DNA from: a bacterium
Lineage (GTDB): Bacteria > Margulisbacteria > Marinamargulisbacteria > SXXA01 > JAHFDB01
Length of the DNA: 64,000 nucleotides
NCBI GenBank assembly: GCA_023249195.1
Contig: JAHFDB010000003.1
Span: forward strand, 7,561 to 71,560
Reading direction: 5' to 3'
A program made the translations under genes and the position numbers. Shown here one piece after another: positions 1 to 9,156 of the stretch (position 1 is the first letter of the stretch; each line of letters opens with the position of its first letter). Below the pieces are notes generated by a model. It had not been told where the DNA came from. It was given only the letters and a program-made list of their open reading frames with translations, and did no database searches.

Positions 1-2388
1 GATGCTTAGATCTTTGCTGGATTTTCCTGTAAACAGAACCCCTAGCTCTTCTTGCGAAAGTCTTTTTAAAAACTCTCCTAGTTCTGTGACTTGAGGCGTT
101 GCGCAGAGTCTCCCCAGTACGCCCTTTCTATGCTCTTCTCCGAGTTGTAACAACCGCACACCTCGCGCTGGATTTTTATTTAGCTCCGCAATAATGACTT
201 TTGGATTTGAGCTAGCGAGTCGAACATATACACAAGGAGACCCTTCCGATTCTTGAGTATAAAAGTGCTCTCTTTCTTTGTCTGAGAAGAGTGCTTTGAG
301 TTTGCTAAACGCCAGATCGGCCTCAGGAGCGCCCGCTAATGCATGGATTACACATTCTCCGGTAAGTGTCGTTATTGCTAAAATATGCTTGGCTTCAGCA
401 GGATCTAGTGTGAGTAGATAGTCCACAAACCCATTGGGATCTCCTTTGGCAAGGTGACGGTAGCCGCACATTCCTTGAGCATCCTTTTCTTGAAGTATTT
501 CCCTAGTTTGCTCAGGAAACCGACTTTGTAGAAGTGCTAACATTGCAGCAGAGGCTTTATTGGCTAGAATTTGGGCCTCAGAGATATCCTCACCGCGATA
601 TTTAAATATTCTTAGACATTGCTCGTCATCATCTTGAGGCAACATTCTCATAAGTACTTCTGGGTGATATACACACACTATGAATGTTAAGGTTTGGTCA
701 CCGAAGATTTTATCGGCTTGTTTTGGGTTTGCTTTTACCCCAGCTTCTATAAACGTGGGGTTATATTGGTAGTAGGTCTGCAGCACAGGCACGTTTTGAT
801 TATTTTTAAGCGCCAATATGCTACTTCTCTCTTGCTCAGAGAATGACTTAGTTATCTTCGATAAGCACAAGATATGGCCCCTGGCTAATTCATGCGCGAG
901 GGTGTCCCCCGAGTCAGGTTTAATCACTACTTTTAATAGAGTCTTCAACTCTTCCTGAGAGAACCCCAACTCTGTTAGGAACTTGGAGTTATGCACTATC
1001 AGTTTTTTTATGAGGCCCGGGTTCTGGATTAATTCTGTCTTCAATTGATCTCTAGAAATCGTTGCGAGATAGTCTATGACATGTTTTGAATGGCAAGGAG
1101 CCCCTGCCAAGGCCGCCACGACTAGCGACACTTGATGGGGTGTATCTCTTTTCTTAGCGTAGATTAAGGGGTTATCTTCCTGTGGATTGACAGAGCTGCG
1201 TAGTTTTAAAAACTCAATTTCAATTGGATCTGAAGCATCTGGAAATGTTTTTTTCCAAAATTTTCCCGCGTCATCAGAATTCATATGGGCAACCATAAGC
1301 TCCTCTATGCTAAATCGGATTTGGCCAAACGGCTCTTGGGGGTCGCATGTAAACTTCAATCTATTAAACTGTTTCATGGTAATCGGGCTTGTGTTTACCC
1401 TTAATAATTGTTCGACTATGCCCCTTAAAGGACACCCTAAGGGTTTAAACCGCTTCATAGAGACTGTGGCCGGAACACTTGCGTCACCTTGCAAGTCTCT
1501 CATGAACTTTTCGATGAGTTTTTGGGCATCTGGTACAGACAACTGGAATTGTCCGGAATCGTTAGTATAGGGCGTATTGAAATAACCTTCCCTCACTTTG
1601 TTTAGAATTTCCTGGGCGTCTGCCGGGCCAATTAAATAAGTTAATAATGACCAAGTCTCACTTTGATTTTCCGCAACATATTTGGACAAACCGTTGGCGA
1701 AACTTTCCAGAGTTATATGGGGAATCGCAAACGTCGTGCAGGCTATTGTCATGAGTGGGGTATTGGTCGCATGGACATCTAGGGGTGTGCTGTTTCCCCA
1801 TCCAAATCGACGTTCTAGCGCATATCGGACCCCATTGACTAAATGTGTAGATTGAGGGTCGGAGTCCTGTCCGAATAGGGCATCTATTTGTAAGCCTACG
1901 CCTGTCATAGCCGCTTCAATATGTTGGTATATGGCACGTAAGAGTTCTCTTCTAGCGACGGTAATTTCGGGGGAGACTCCCTCGATATTTTCAACATTTG
2001 TCATGATTTTTATCTCGGCCAACAAACGAATCAGCTGTGTGTAGTGGTCTGGAAAGCAGCGTACATCACCGAGATGCTGGACCAGTTGAGCATCAATTTC
2101 ATCGGCTTTATCTTTAGGAAGACGGGTTCGCTCTGTCGTTATGGCCAATAGTACTTTGTGAAGAGAGGCTCTGTTTTCGTCCGTATAAGTCGGAACTCCG
2201 ATGTACGCTAGATAGGCATGTGCGAATTTTAAACCATTTTTTAAACCCTTTAATTTTGCAACAGACACTAGGGTGTGGTCTTTTGTGGCGTGTTCTGGCA
2301 ATTTGAAACTCACTAGCGGGGCTAAAAGTGCGAAGTTTAGAGTAACTCCTGGTGATTCTGGGAACGATGGGAATCCTGACAAAGACAT
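1..2388 (-). CDS. Large ankyrin-like repeat protein, partial (C-terminus lies beyond the window start); effector-like
   Basis: The minus-strand frame is open from an ATG at 2388 to position 1, over 790 codons translated by hand without a stop. It contains degenerate ANK-like units (GDTLAHELARGHIL, TGECVIHALAGAPEADL). It does not appear in the ORF track because it runs off the edge. The plus-strand ORF 1187..1570 is its antisense shadow. Confidence 0.55.
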   Translation of the reverse strand, partial: MSLSGFPSFPESPGVTLNFALLAPLVSFKLPEHATKDHTLVSVAKLKGLKNGLKFAHAYLAYIGVPTYTDENRASLHKVLLAITTERTRLPKDKADEIDAQLVQHLGDVRCFPDHYTQLIRLLAEIKIMTNVENIEGVSPEITVARRELLRAIYQHIEAAMTGVGLQIDALFGQDSDPQSTHLVNGVRYALERRFGWGNSTPLDVHATNTPLMTIACTTFAIPHITLESFANGLSKYVAENQSETWSLLTYLIGPADAQEILNKVREGYFNTPYTNDSGQFQLSVPDAQKLIEKFMRDLQGDASVPATVSMKRFKPLGCPLRGIVEQLLRVNTSPITMKQFNRLKFTCDPQEPFGQIRFSIEELMVAHMNSDDAGKFWKKTFPDASDPIEIEFLKLRSSVNPQEDNPLIYAKKRDTPHQVSLVVAALAGAPCHSKHVIDYLATISRDQLKTELIQNPGLIKKLIVHNSKFLTELGFSQEELKTLLKVVIKPDSGDTLAHELARGHILCLSKITKSFSEQERSSILALKNNQNVPVLQTYYQYNPTFIEAGVKANPKQADKIFGDQTLTFIVCVYHPEVLMRMLPQDDDEQCLRIFKYRGEDISEAQILANKASAAMLALLQSRFPEQTREILQEKDAQGMCGYRHLAKGDPNGFVDYLLTLDPAEAKHILAITTLTGECVIHALAGAPEADLAFSKLKALFSDKEREHFYTQESEGSPCVYVRLASSNPKVIIAELNKNPARGVRLLQLGEEHRKGVLGRLCATPQVTELGEFLKRLSQEELGVLFTGKSSKDLSI

Positions 2389-2616
2389 TATTTTTTTTGT
2401 ATGCACGGGCAGCCTCTTTCTTTGATTAGAAATTATTTACTACCCTTTTCTTAAGTTCTTTTACTATCAGCTCTAAAGCATTTGATTTTTAAATATATAC
2501 ATTTTTTTAAAAAATAAAAAATTTAATAAAAAAATTTATCTTAGTTGGTTGTCAAATGATTTACCCACATTAAAGTCCTTGCACCACACACTATTCGCCT
2601 TTATACTGCTGACCCT

Positions 2617-3798
2617 ATGAAAATACACGAATTTCAAGCTAAGCAACTTTTGAAAAAATATGGGGTCCCGATCCAGGATGGGTTCACTATTGACTCTATT
2701 GACGACGCACAAGCTGCGATCGACAAAGTATCTCAAGAGTTTTCAACCGATCAGTTTGTGATCAAAGCCCAAATACATGCTGGAGGCCGCGGTAAAGGAG
2801 GCGGTGTTAAGTTTTCATCTTCCAAAGAGAAGGCATTGGAAAATAGTCGTAATATTTTAGGGATGCAACTAATTACCCATCAAACAAGTCCAGAGGGACA
2901 GTTGGTGCGTAAAATCATGGTTGCGGAGGCTTTAGACATTGAGAAAGAGTTTTATGTGGCCATTACACTGGACCGTTCTGTCGGTCAAAATGTGGTCATG
3001 GTGTCTACTGAAGGCGGCGTTGAAATTGAAGAAGTTGCCGCGCATTCCCCTGAAAAAATCATTAAAGAGTGGATCAACCCTGCCTTTGGCTTACGTCCTT
3101 TCCAAGCTCGAAATTTAGCCTACGCGCTGGGTTTTGAAGGTGACTTATTTAAACAAGCGGTTTCTTTCTTTTTGAACCTGTATAAATGTTATGTCGATAC
3201 AGATGCGTCTATTGCAGAAGTCAACCCGTTGGTGATTACCAAGCAAGGCAAACTTGTGGCACTCGATGGCAAGTTTAATTTTGATGACAATGCCCTTTAC
3301 CGACACAAAGATATCGTAGCCATGCGCGATTTAGATGAAGAAGATCCCACCGAAGTTGAGGCTGGAAAGTCTCACTTAAACTATATCAAGCTCGACGGAA
3401 ATGTGGGCTGCATGGTGAATGGTGCCGGGTTAGCCATGGGAACCATGGATATCATTCAGCTTAAGGGTGGCCAACCTGCTAACTTTTTAGATGTCGGCGG
3501 TGGTGCTAATGTTGAAACCGTCAAAAATGGCTTCAAAATTATTTTGTCTGATAAAAATGTAAAAGCGGTATTGATTAACATCTTTGGAGGCATTGTTCGT
3601 TGCGACCGTGTAGCCAATGGCATTATTCAAGCTGTCAGTGAATTGCACTTGACTGTTCCTGTCGTGGTTCGTTTAGAAGGAACCAATGCCATTTTGGCTA
3701 AAGAACTCCTCGAAACCTCGGGTGTATCGATTATTGCAGCGGGCTCTTTAGCAGATGCCGCTGAAAAAGTCGTTGCTGCCGCTACGAAAGGAGCTTAA
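2617..3798 (+). CDS. sucC: Succinyl-CoA synthetase beta subunit
   Basis: The N-terminus [12 protein letters not shown], an ATP-grasp fold and the motifs [14 protein letters not shown] and [11 protein letters not shown] are typical of SucC. The sucD gene follows immediately. Confidence 0.9.
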   Translation: MKIHEFQAKQLLKKYGVPIQDGFTIDSIDDAQAAIDKVSQEFSTDQFVIKAQIHAGGRGKGGGVKFSSSKEKALENSRNILGMQLITHQTSPEGQLVRKIMVAEALDIEKEFYVAITLDRSVGQNVVMVSTEGGVEIEEVAAHSPEKIIKEWINPAFGLRPFQARNLAYALGFEGDLFKQAVSFFLNLYKCYVDTDASIAEVNPLVITKQGKLVALDGKFNFDDNALYRHKDIVAMRDLDEEDPTEVEAGKSHLNYIKLDGNVGCMVNGAGLAMGTMDIIQLKGGQPANFLDVGGGANVETVKNGFKIILSDKNVKAVLINIFGGIVRCDRVANGIIQAVSELHLTVPVVVRLEGTNAILAKELLETSGVSIIAAGSLADAAEKVVAAATKGA

Positions 3799-3802
3799 TT
3801 GC

Positions 3803-4681
3803 ATGTCTATTTTAGTCGATAAAAATTCAAAAATTATTGTTCAAGGCATTACGGGTTCTGAAGGGTCTTTCCATGCAGAGCAGTGCTTGGCTTACGGCGG
3901 AAATGTCGTGGGCGGGGTAACCCCAGGAAAAGGCGGACAAATGGCCATCGATGGCAAAGTTCCCGTCTTTAACAGCTGTAAAGAGGCGCGAGAAAAAGTA
4001 GGCGCCAATGTATCGCTCATTTTTGTCCCTCCCGCATTTGCAGCGGATGCCATTATGGAATCGGCGGCTGCAGGTATTGAACTGATTGTGTGCATTACAG
4101 AAGGCATTCCTGTGAACGATATGGTAGAAGTCTATGCCTATCTTAAAACCACAAAATCTCGGCTGATTGGGCCGAATTGCCCAGGGCTTTTGACACCCGA
4201 TGAAGCCAAGGTAGGAATTATGCCTGGATTTATCGCAAAAAAAGGAACCGTTGGGGTCATTTCGAAGTCTGGAACCTTGACTTATGAAGCCGTTCATCAA
4301 TTGTGCCAAGAAGGCCTTGGTCAATCGACATGTGTAGGCATTGGCGGAGACCCGATTATTGGAACCAAGATGATTGATTTATTGGATTTATTTGAAGCCG
4401 ACCCTGAAACCAATGCCATTGTGATGATTGGTGAAATTGGCGGATCGATGGAAATTGAAGCCGCGCATCATATCAAAAAACACATTAAAAAGCCCGTTAT
4501 TGGGTTTATTGCAGGCCAAACAGCGCCTCCGGGACGTCGAATGGGTCACGCAGGTGCCATTGTGTCGGGTGCCGATGAATCGGCTAAAGCTAAAATGAAA
4601 ATTATGCGTGAATGTGGCCTTCATGTGGTCGATTCCCCAGCCGATATTGGTAAAACGGTGAAAGCGCAGTTATCCAAATAG
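3803..4681 (+). CDS. sucD: Succinyl-CoA synthetase alpha subunit
   Basis: [24 protein letters not shown] matches the SucD N-terminus. The start was moved from 3755 to the internal ATG at 3803, which is preceded by the Shine-Dalgarno sequence aaaggag at 3788..3794. The CoA-binding and CoA-ligase motifs are present. Confidence 0.88.
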   Translation: MSILVDKNSKIIVQGITGSEGSFHAEQCLAYGGNVVGGVTPGKGGQMAIDGKVPVFNSCKEAREKVGANVSLIFVPPAFAADAIMESAAAGIELIVCITEGIPVNDMVEVYAYLKTTKSRLIGPNCPGLLTPDEAKVGIMPGFIAKKGTVGVISKSGTLTYEAVHQLCQEGLGQSTCVGIGGDPIIGTKMIDLLDLFEADPETNAIVMIGEIGGSMEIEAAHHIKKHIKKPVIGFIAGQTAPPGRRMGHAGAIVSGADESAKAKMKIMRECGLHVVDSPADIGKTVKAQLSK

Positions 4682-4685
4682 GTCT

Positions 4686-5777
4686 ATGACCAAAAAAATT
4701 TTTATTGCAGCAACCCGACAGAATGATGGTAAAACCAGCGTCTCTTTAGGGTTGTTGCATGCCTTCCAAAAACGTTTCTCCAAAATAGCCTATATGAAGC
4801 CTGTTGGTCAGCAATTCAAATGGATTGAAGGCGAAAAAATTGACAAAGATGCTGTGCTATTTAAGCACGTTTATGGGTTAGAAGACCCCCTGTCTTTAAT
4901 GAGCCCGGTGGCCGTCCCCCCCGGATTTACCGAAAATTACATTGAAAACCCCAATCGAGAAGAGCTTTCAGAAAAAATTTCTTCGGCTTTTGAACAATTG
5001 TCTATAGGAAAAGATTTAGTGGTGGTAGAAGGTACCGGACATGGTGGGGTCGGTTCTGTTTTTGATCTTTCTAATGCCGATGTCGCCCATTTATTAGGGA
5101 CTAAAGTCATTTTAGTGACCTTGGGTGGCATTGGAAAAGCCATTGATGAAGTCATGCTCAATAAACCCCTATTTGAAAGCAAGGGCTGTGAGATTATGGG
5201 CGTTATTATCAATAAAATACAAAAAGAAAAATATGACAAAATCAATGCGGTTTTGCACAAGGGGTTTGAGAGACTTAACATTCCTATTTTAGGGATGATC
5301 CCCTTTAAAAAATCCCTCGCCAAGCCTACGATCGCTCAATTATTTGAAGATTTAGACGCCGAACTCTTGTCTGGGCAATCTGCCTTATCTAATAAAGTTT
5401 CGGCCTTTATTATTGGGGCCATGCTTCCCCACGATGCGATGGACTATTTAACCGAAGATACCCTGTTAATTTTGCCCGCCAATCGGGAAGATTTGATCAT
5501 GATGGCGCTTTGCGGGGCTATGTTGGGCGAGCAGGTGTCTTATCGTGTTTCGGCCATTATTTTTACAGGGGGTATTCGTCCTGACAAAAGAATGATGAAC
5601 CTTATTACGCACTCTAAAATGCCTACCATGTTGGTTCAAGAAGACTCTTTCTCGGTTGCCACTAAAATCAATAAAATGCTCTTTAAATTACGGGCTGAAG
5701 AAACTGACAAAATTGACATGTTGCAATCACTTATTGAAACCTATGTTGATGTCGATGCGATTTGCAATTTGTTATAA
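4686..5777 (+). CDS. Protein resembling only the N-terminal half of phosphotransacetylase (P-loop BioD/CobQ-like plus DRTGG domains, no PTA_PTB catalytic domain)
   Basis: The P-loop ATRQNDGKTSVSLGL is followed by a DRTGG-like region (PANREDLIMMA...IIFTGG). The protein is 363 aa with no catalytic C-terminal domain, and sits directly downstream of sucD. Confidence 0.55.
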   Translation: MTKKIFIAATRQNDGKTSVSLGLLHAFQKRFSKIAYMKPVGQQFKWIEGEKIDKDAVLFKHVYGLEDPLSLMSPVAVPPGFTENYIENPNREELSEKISSAFEQLSIGKDLVVVEGTGHGGVGSVFDLSNADVAHLLGTKVILVTLGGIGKAIDEVMLNKPLFESKGCEIMGVIINKIQKEKYDKINAVLHKGFERLNIPILGMIPFKKSLAKPTIAQLFEDLDAELLSGQSALSNKVSAFIIGAMLPHDAMDYLTEDTLLILPANREDLIMMALCGAMLGEQVSYRVSAIIFTGGIRPDKRMMNLITHSKMPTMLVQEDSFSVATKINKMLFKLRAEETDKIDMLQSLIETYVDVDAICNLL

Positions 5778-5808
5778 ATCTATTTACCGTTTAGAATAGA
5801 AAAACCTT

Positions 5809-6795
5809 ATGAAACTCCAGGAAATTTACGCCCCCATTTCAGACGAATTAAAGACCGTGCATGTGCTTATTCAAGATGCACTGGAAAAAACACCCTTAAA
5901 GCCTTTGCGCGAAATTAATCAATATATTATTGCGAATCCAGGAAAAAGACTGCGCCCTACCCTCGCTATTTTAGCATTTAAGGCCGTTGCCGCTTCTGGA
6001 CTTTCTGACAAAAAGATTCTAGAAACAGCCGCATCACTTGAGCTGATTCATATGGCCTCGCTTATTCATGATGACATTATTGACAAGGCCGATCTGCGCC
6101 ATAACAAGCCCTCGGTCAACGCTAAATGGGGGGCTGAAATTGCCATTCCGATGGGCGTTTATCTTTATTCTATTTCTCTTCAATTTATGGCTTCCGTAGG
6201 CAGTGTGACTGTTTTAAGGCACGTCAGCCATACAGTAAAACACCTCTGTGAAGGCGAAATGACACAGATTTTCGAACGTGATAATGTGCAGTTAAATATT
6301 TTGAAATATTTAGTCATTCTAAAAAAGAAAACAGCCGTATTATTTGGGGCGGCATGCTATTCAGGGGGGCTTTTGGCTGGAGCCGATAAAAAAACGTGTT
6401 TCAAGCTCAAAGCCTTTGGCTATAATTTGGGAATGGTGTTTCAAATTATTGATGATTATTTAGACATTATGGGTGAAACAAAAAAACTCGGCAAAGCCTC
6501 TGGGCAAGACTTTTTTTTAGGCGAGTTCACCTTGCCCATGCTGTATTTAATTGATGCCAGTTCCGACTCTGAAAAACAAGAAGTGCTTGAGATGGTAGCC
6601 TCAAAAGATTTAACTATTCTACCCACACTTCAAACCCGCCTAATCGAGTCTCATGCCCTTGAAAGAACCAAGAAACTTGCACTTACCTATCTTGATAAAG
6701 CAAGGGAAACCCTCTCAGAGATGTCTGAAAGCCCCTACAAACAGGCGTTGATGGATCTGACTTACTTTATTAGCACCAGAGGCTTTGAGGCTTAA
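5809..6795 (+). CDS. ispB: Polyprenyl diphosphate synthase (IspB-like)
   Basis: The first aspartate-rich motif LIHDDIIDKADLRHNKPS and the second motif FQIIDDYLD are present. Confidence 0.8.
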   Translation: MKLQEIYAPISDELKTVHVLIQDALEKTPLKPLREINQYIIANPGKRLRPTLAILAFKAVAASGLSDKKILETAASLELIHMASLIHDDIIDKADLRHNKPSVNAKWGAEIAIPMGVYLYSISLQFMASVGSVTVLRHVSHTVKHLCEGEMTQIFERDNVQLNILKYLVILKKKTAVLFGAACYSGGLLAGADKKTCFKLKAFGYNLGMVFQIIDDYLDIMGETKKLGKASGQDFFLGEFTLPMLYLIDASSDSEKQEVLEMVASKDLTILPTLQTRLIESHALERTKKLALTYLDKARETLSEMSESPYKQALMDLTYFISTRGFEA

Positions 6796-6797
6796 AA

Positions 6798-7259
6798 ATG
6801 GAGTTTAAGGCCTTCTGGGAGGAAATTGGATTAGACGTCCACATTGAAGTCACCCCAGGAAATAAAATTTCGAAAGTTGAGCTTTCTTTTCCCAACCCCA
6901 ACACACCTTCGTTAAGTGCAAAAGAAATGCCCTTATTGGACCACCTTCGACATCTTTATCTTTCTGGCATTGAGGCTAGTGATTTCGACTATTTTGATTT
7001 ATCCGGCATTTCCTCCTTCCAAAAAACGATTTATCTTGAGCTTATTCAAATTCCAAGAGGCACAACCATTTCTTATGGAAACCTGGCCAAAAAAGCAGGC
7101 AAACCCAAGGCCAGTCGAGCTGTGGGCACTGCAATGGCAAAAAACCCCATCCCTTTAATTATTCCATGTCACCGGGTGGTCCGACATAACGGGGATATTG
7201 GGCACTATGCCTTTGGTCAAGAAATTAAACAAAGGTTATTGGACTTAGAAGAGAGCTAA
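6798..7259 (+). CDS. ogt: Methylated-DNA--protein-cysteine methyltransferase
   Basis: The PCHRVV active-site motif is present in a 153-aa protein. Confidence 0.8.
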   Translation: MEFKAFWEEIGLDVHIEVTPGNKISKVELSFPNPNTPSLSAKEMPLLDHLRHLYLSGIEASDFDYFDLSGISSFQKTIYLELIQIPRGTTISYGNLAKKAGKPKASRAVGTAMAKNPIPLIIPCHRVVRHNGDIGHYAFGQEIKQRLLDLEES

Positions 7260-7639
7260 TCTTCCTCTTGAGTAAAAGAAAAATAAGGGCACTTTTATAT
7301 CTGAAAGGATAATGCGATGGTGTTCTTATTTAAAGTGGATTTCCAGAATTGATTAAAGACACCCGTGGCCTTGGGCTTATAGATGCCATTGATTTTCAGA
7401 TACTGAGAACTGAGACTTTACCTGCGCTAATTCCATACTATAATGGAAGCATTATACGTTATTTTATTGGTAAAAGGATTATATATGGAAGACACATCTC
7501 GAAAGGTGTGGCAAGTACCACAGCTGATTTTTATCTATTCAGCTAAAGTAGAAAATGGCACCCACCCAGGTTCTATTGAAAGTTTGGCACCCACGTTTAA
7601 ACAAGCTTATTTTGCCCCATCTTAAATGGGGACTGCTGA

Positions 7640-9145
7640 TTAGAGATATCGTCCCTCCAAATATCTCACAAAGGGCTCTTCTGAGATTCCCTGTCCTGTT
7701 ATCTCACGCATCAATTGGGAAGCTGTTTTACCCCGCCCCACACTGTGCACTTTGTTTCGAAGCCATTCTGTTATGACGGATAATTTTCCTTCTTGGACAG
7801 TTTGGTCGAAATGGGGCATTTCTTTTTGGGCTTGGTTAAGAAGCTGTACGCTGTATAAGTTGCCTAAAGTATAAGTTGGAAAATAGCCAAAATAGCCACA
7901 AGACCAATGAACATCCTGTAAAATACCTTCGGCGTCATTGGGAGGCGTAATGCCCAAATATTCCTGGTATTTCTGGTTCCATATTTGAGGTAAATCTTTT
8001 ACAGAAACACCGTCATTAAAGATCATTTTTTCAATCTCAAATCGAATAAGAATATGTAGATTATATGTCACTTCATCTGCACCGACCCGAATCAACGAGG
8101 GGCTTACTTTGAGCATAGACTGATAAAAATCTCGCAGGGGGATGGTTCTTAAACTTTCGTGAAAAAGTGTTTGTAAATATGGATAATACCCTTCCCAAAA
8201 AGCTTTGCTTTTTCCAATGCCGTTTTCCCACAATCGCGATTGGCTTTCGTGAATGCCAAAGGAAATGGGCTGGCATAAGGGGGTTCCAAACCACTTCGCA
8301 TCAAGGCCTTGTTCATAGAGGGCATGTCCCCCTTCATGAATCGTGCTTGATAGGGCGTCAAACAGATCGTCTGGATTTAATCGGGTGGTAATGCGCACAT
8401 CTGTAGGATGAAATTGCGTGGTGAAAGGGTGTGTCGATTTATCTTGGCGACCGTGTTCAAAATTGTAGCCCATGTCTTTCAAAATTTTGATGCCAAAATC
8501 CCATTGTTTTTGAGTGTCAAAAGGCCCTTGAATGGCCGGCAATTTTATTGAACTTTGCTTGGTTTGAATGTCTTTAACGAGCTGGACAGTTGCTTCTCTG
8601 AGACGGGTAAACACAGGGGAAATTTCGGCAGTGGTCATGCCCGGCTCATATTCGTCTAAAAGCGTGTCATAGACAGTAGATTGAACCCCTAAATAGTCGG
8701 CTTTCTTTCGGGTAAGATTTACGACTTCTTCTAGATAAGGCAAAAAGTGAGAAAAGTCTTTATTTTGCCTTGCATGTTGCCAAGCGTGTTGAGAGTGAGC
8801 TTTGACCTTAGAGAAGGCCTCGACAAAGTCTACCGGCAAACAATTCGCCATTTTCCAATCGCGATAGGTTTCTGTCACCAACCTTGACTCTCGGGGAGTC
8901 AATCCTGTGGCGATAAGTTCCCCTGAGTTGATATTAATAAGTTGCCCCAGAGTTGACTTTAAGGCTAAAGATGTCATTTTTTCATGGACAATTTTGGACA
9001 TCAAGGCCGACTGTTCCGATCGGGCATCGATGGCCCCAGCAGGCATGTAGGTTTCTTGGTCCCAACTTAACAGCGACCCAATCCCTGTGAGGTGGGCAAT
9101 TTCTTGTAACTGTGAAAAAAGGGCGTTGAGCTGAGGGTTCATCAT
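7640..9145 (-). CDS. Carboxypeptidase Taq family (M32) metallocarboxypeptidase
   Basis: HEGGHALYEQGL (HEXXH), downstream HPF, and the segment IRVGADEVTYNLHILIRFEIE are typical of M32. Length is 501 aa. Confidence 0.75.
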   Translation of the reverse strand: MMNPQLNALFSQLQEIAHLTGIGSLLSWDQETYMPAGAIDARSEQSALMSKIVHEKMTSLALKSTLGQLININSGELIATGLTPRESRLVTETYRDWKMANCLPVDFVEAFSKVKAHSQHAWQHARQNKDFSHFLPYLEEVVNLTRKKADYLGVQSTVYDTLLDEYEPGMTTAEISPVFTRLREATVQLVKDIQTKQSSIKLPAIQGPFDTQKQWDFGIKILKDMGYNFEHGRQDKSTHPFTTQFHPTDVRITTRLNPDDLFDALSSTIHEGGHALYEQGLDAKWFGTPLCQPISFGIHESQSRLWENGIGKSKAFWEGYYPYLQTLFHESLRTIPLRDFYQSMLKVSPSLIRVGADEVTYNLHILIRFEIEKMIFNDGVSVKDLPQIWNQKYQEYLGITPPNDAEGILQDVHWSCGYFGYFPTYTLGNLYSVQLLNQAQKEMPHFDQTVQEGKLSVITEWLRNKVHSVGRGKTASQLMREITGQGISEEPFVRYLEGRYL

Positions 9146-9156
9146 GTCTCCTTAAT

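Noticed and set aside
1187-1570. 127-aa plus-strand ORF, the only table ORF in the first 2.4 kb
   Set aside because: It is antisense to a continuous 796-codon minus-strand ORF (1..2388) with ankyrin-like repeats, so it is a shadow ORF.
7608-7630. Hairpin ccccat-cttaa-atgggg considered as a Rho-independent terminator
   Set aside because: It is not followed by a T-run on either strand.
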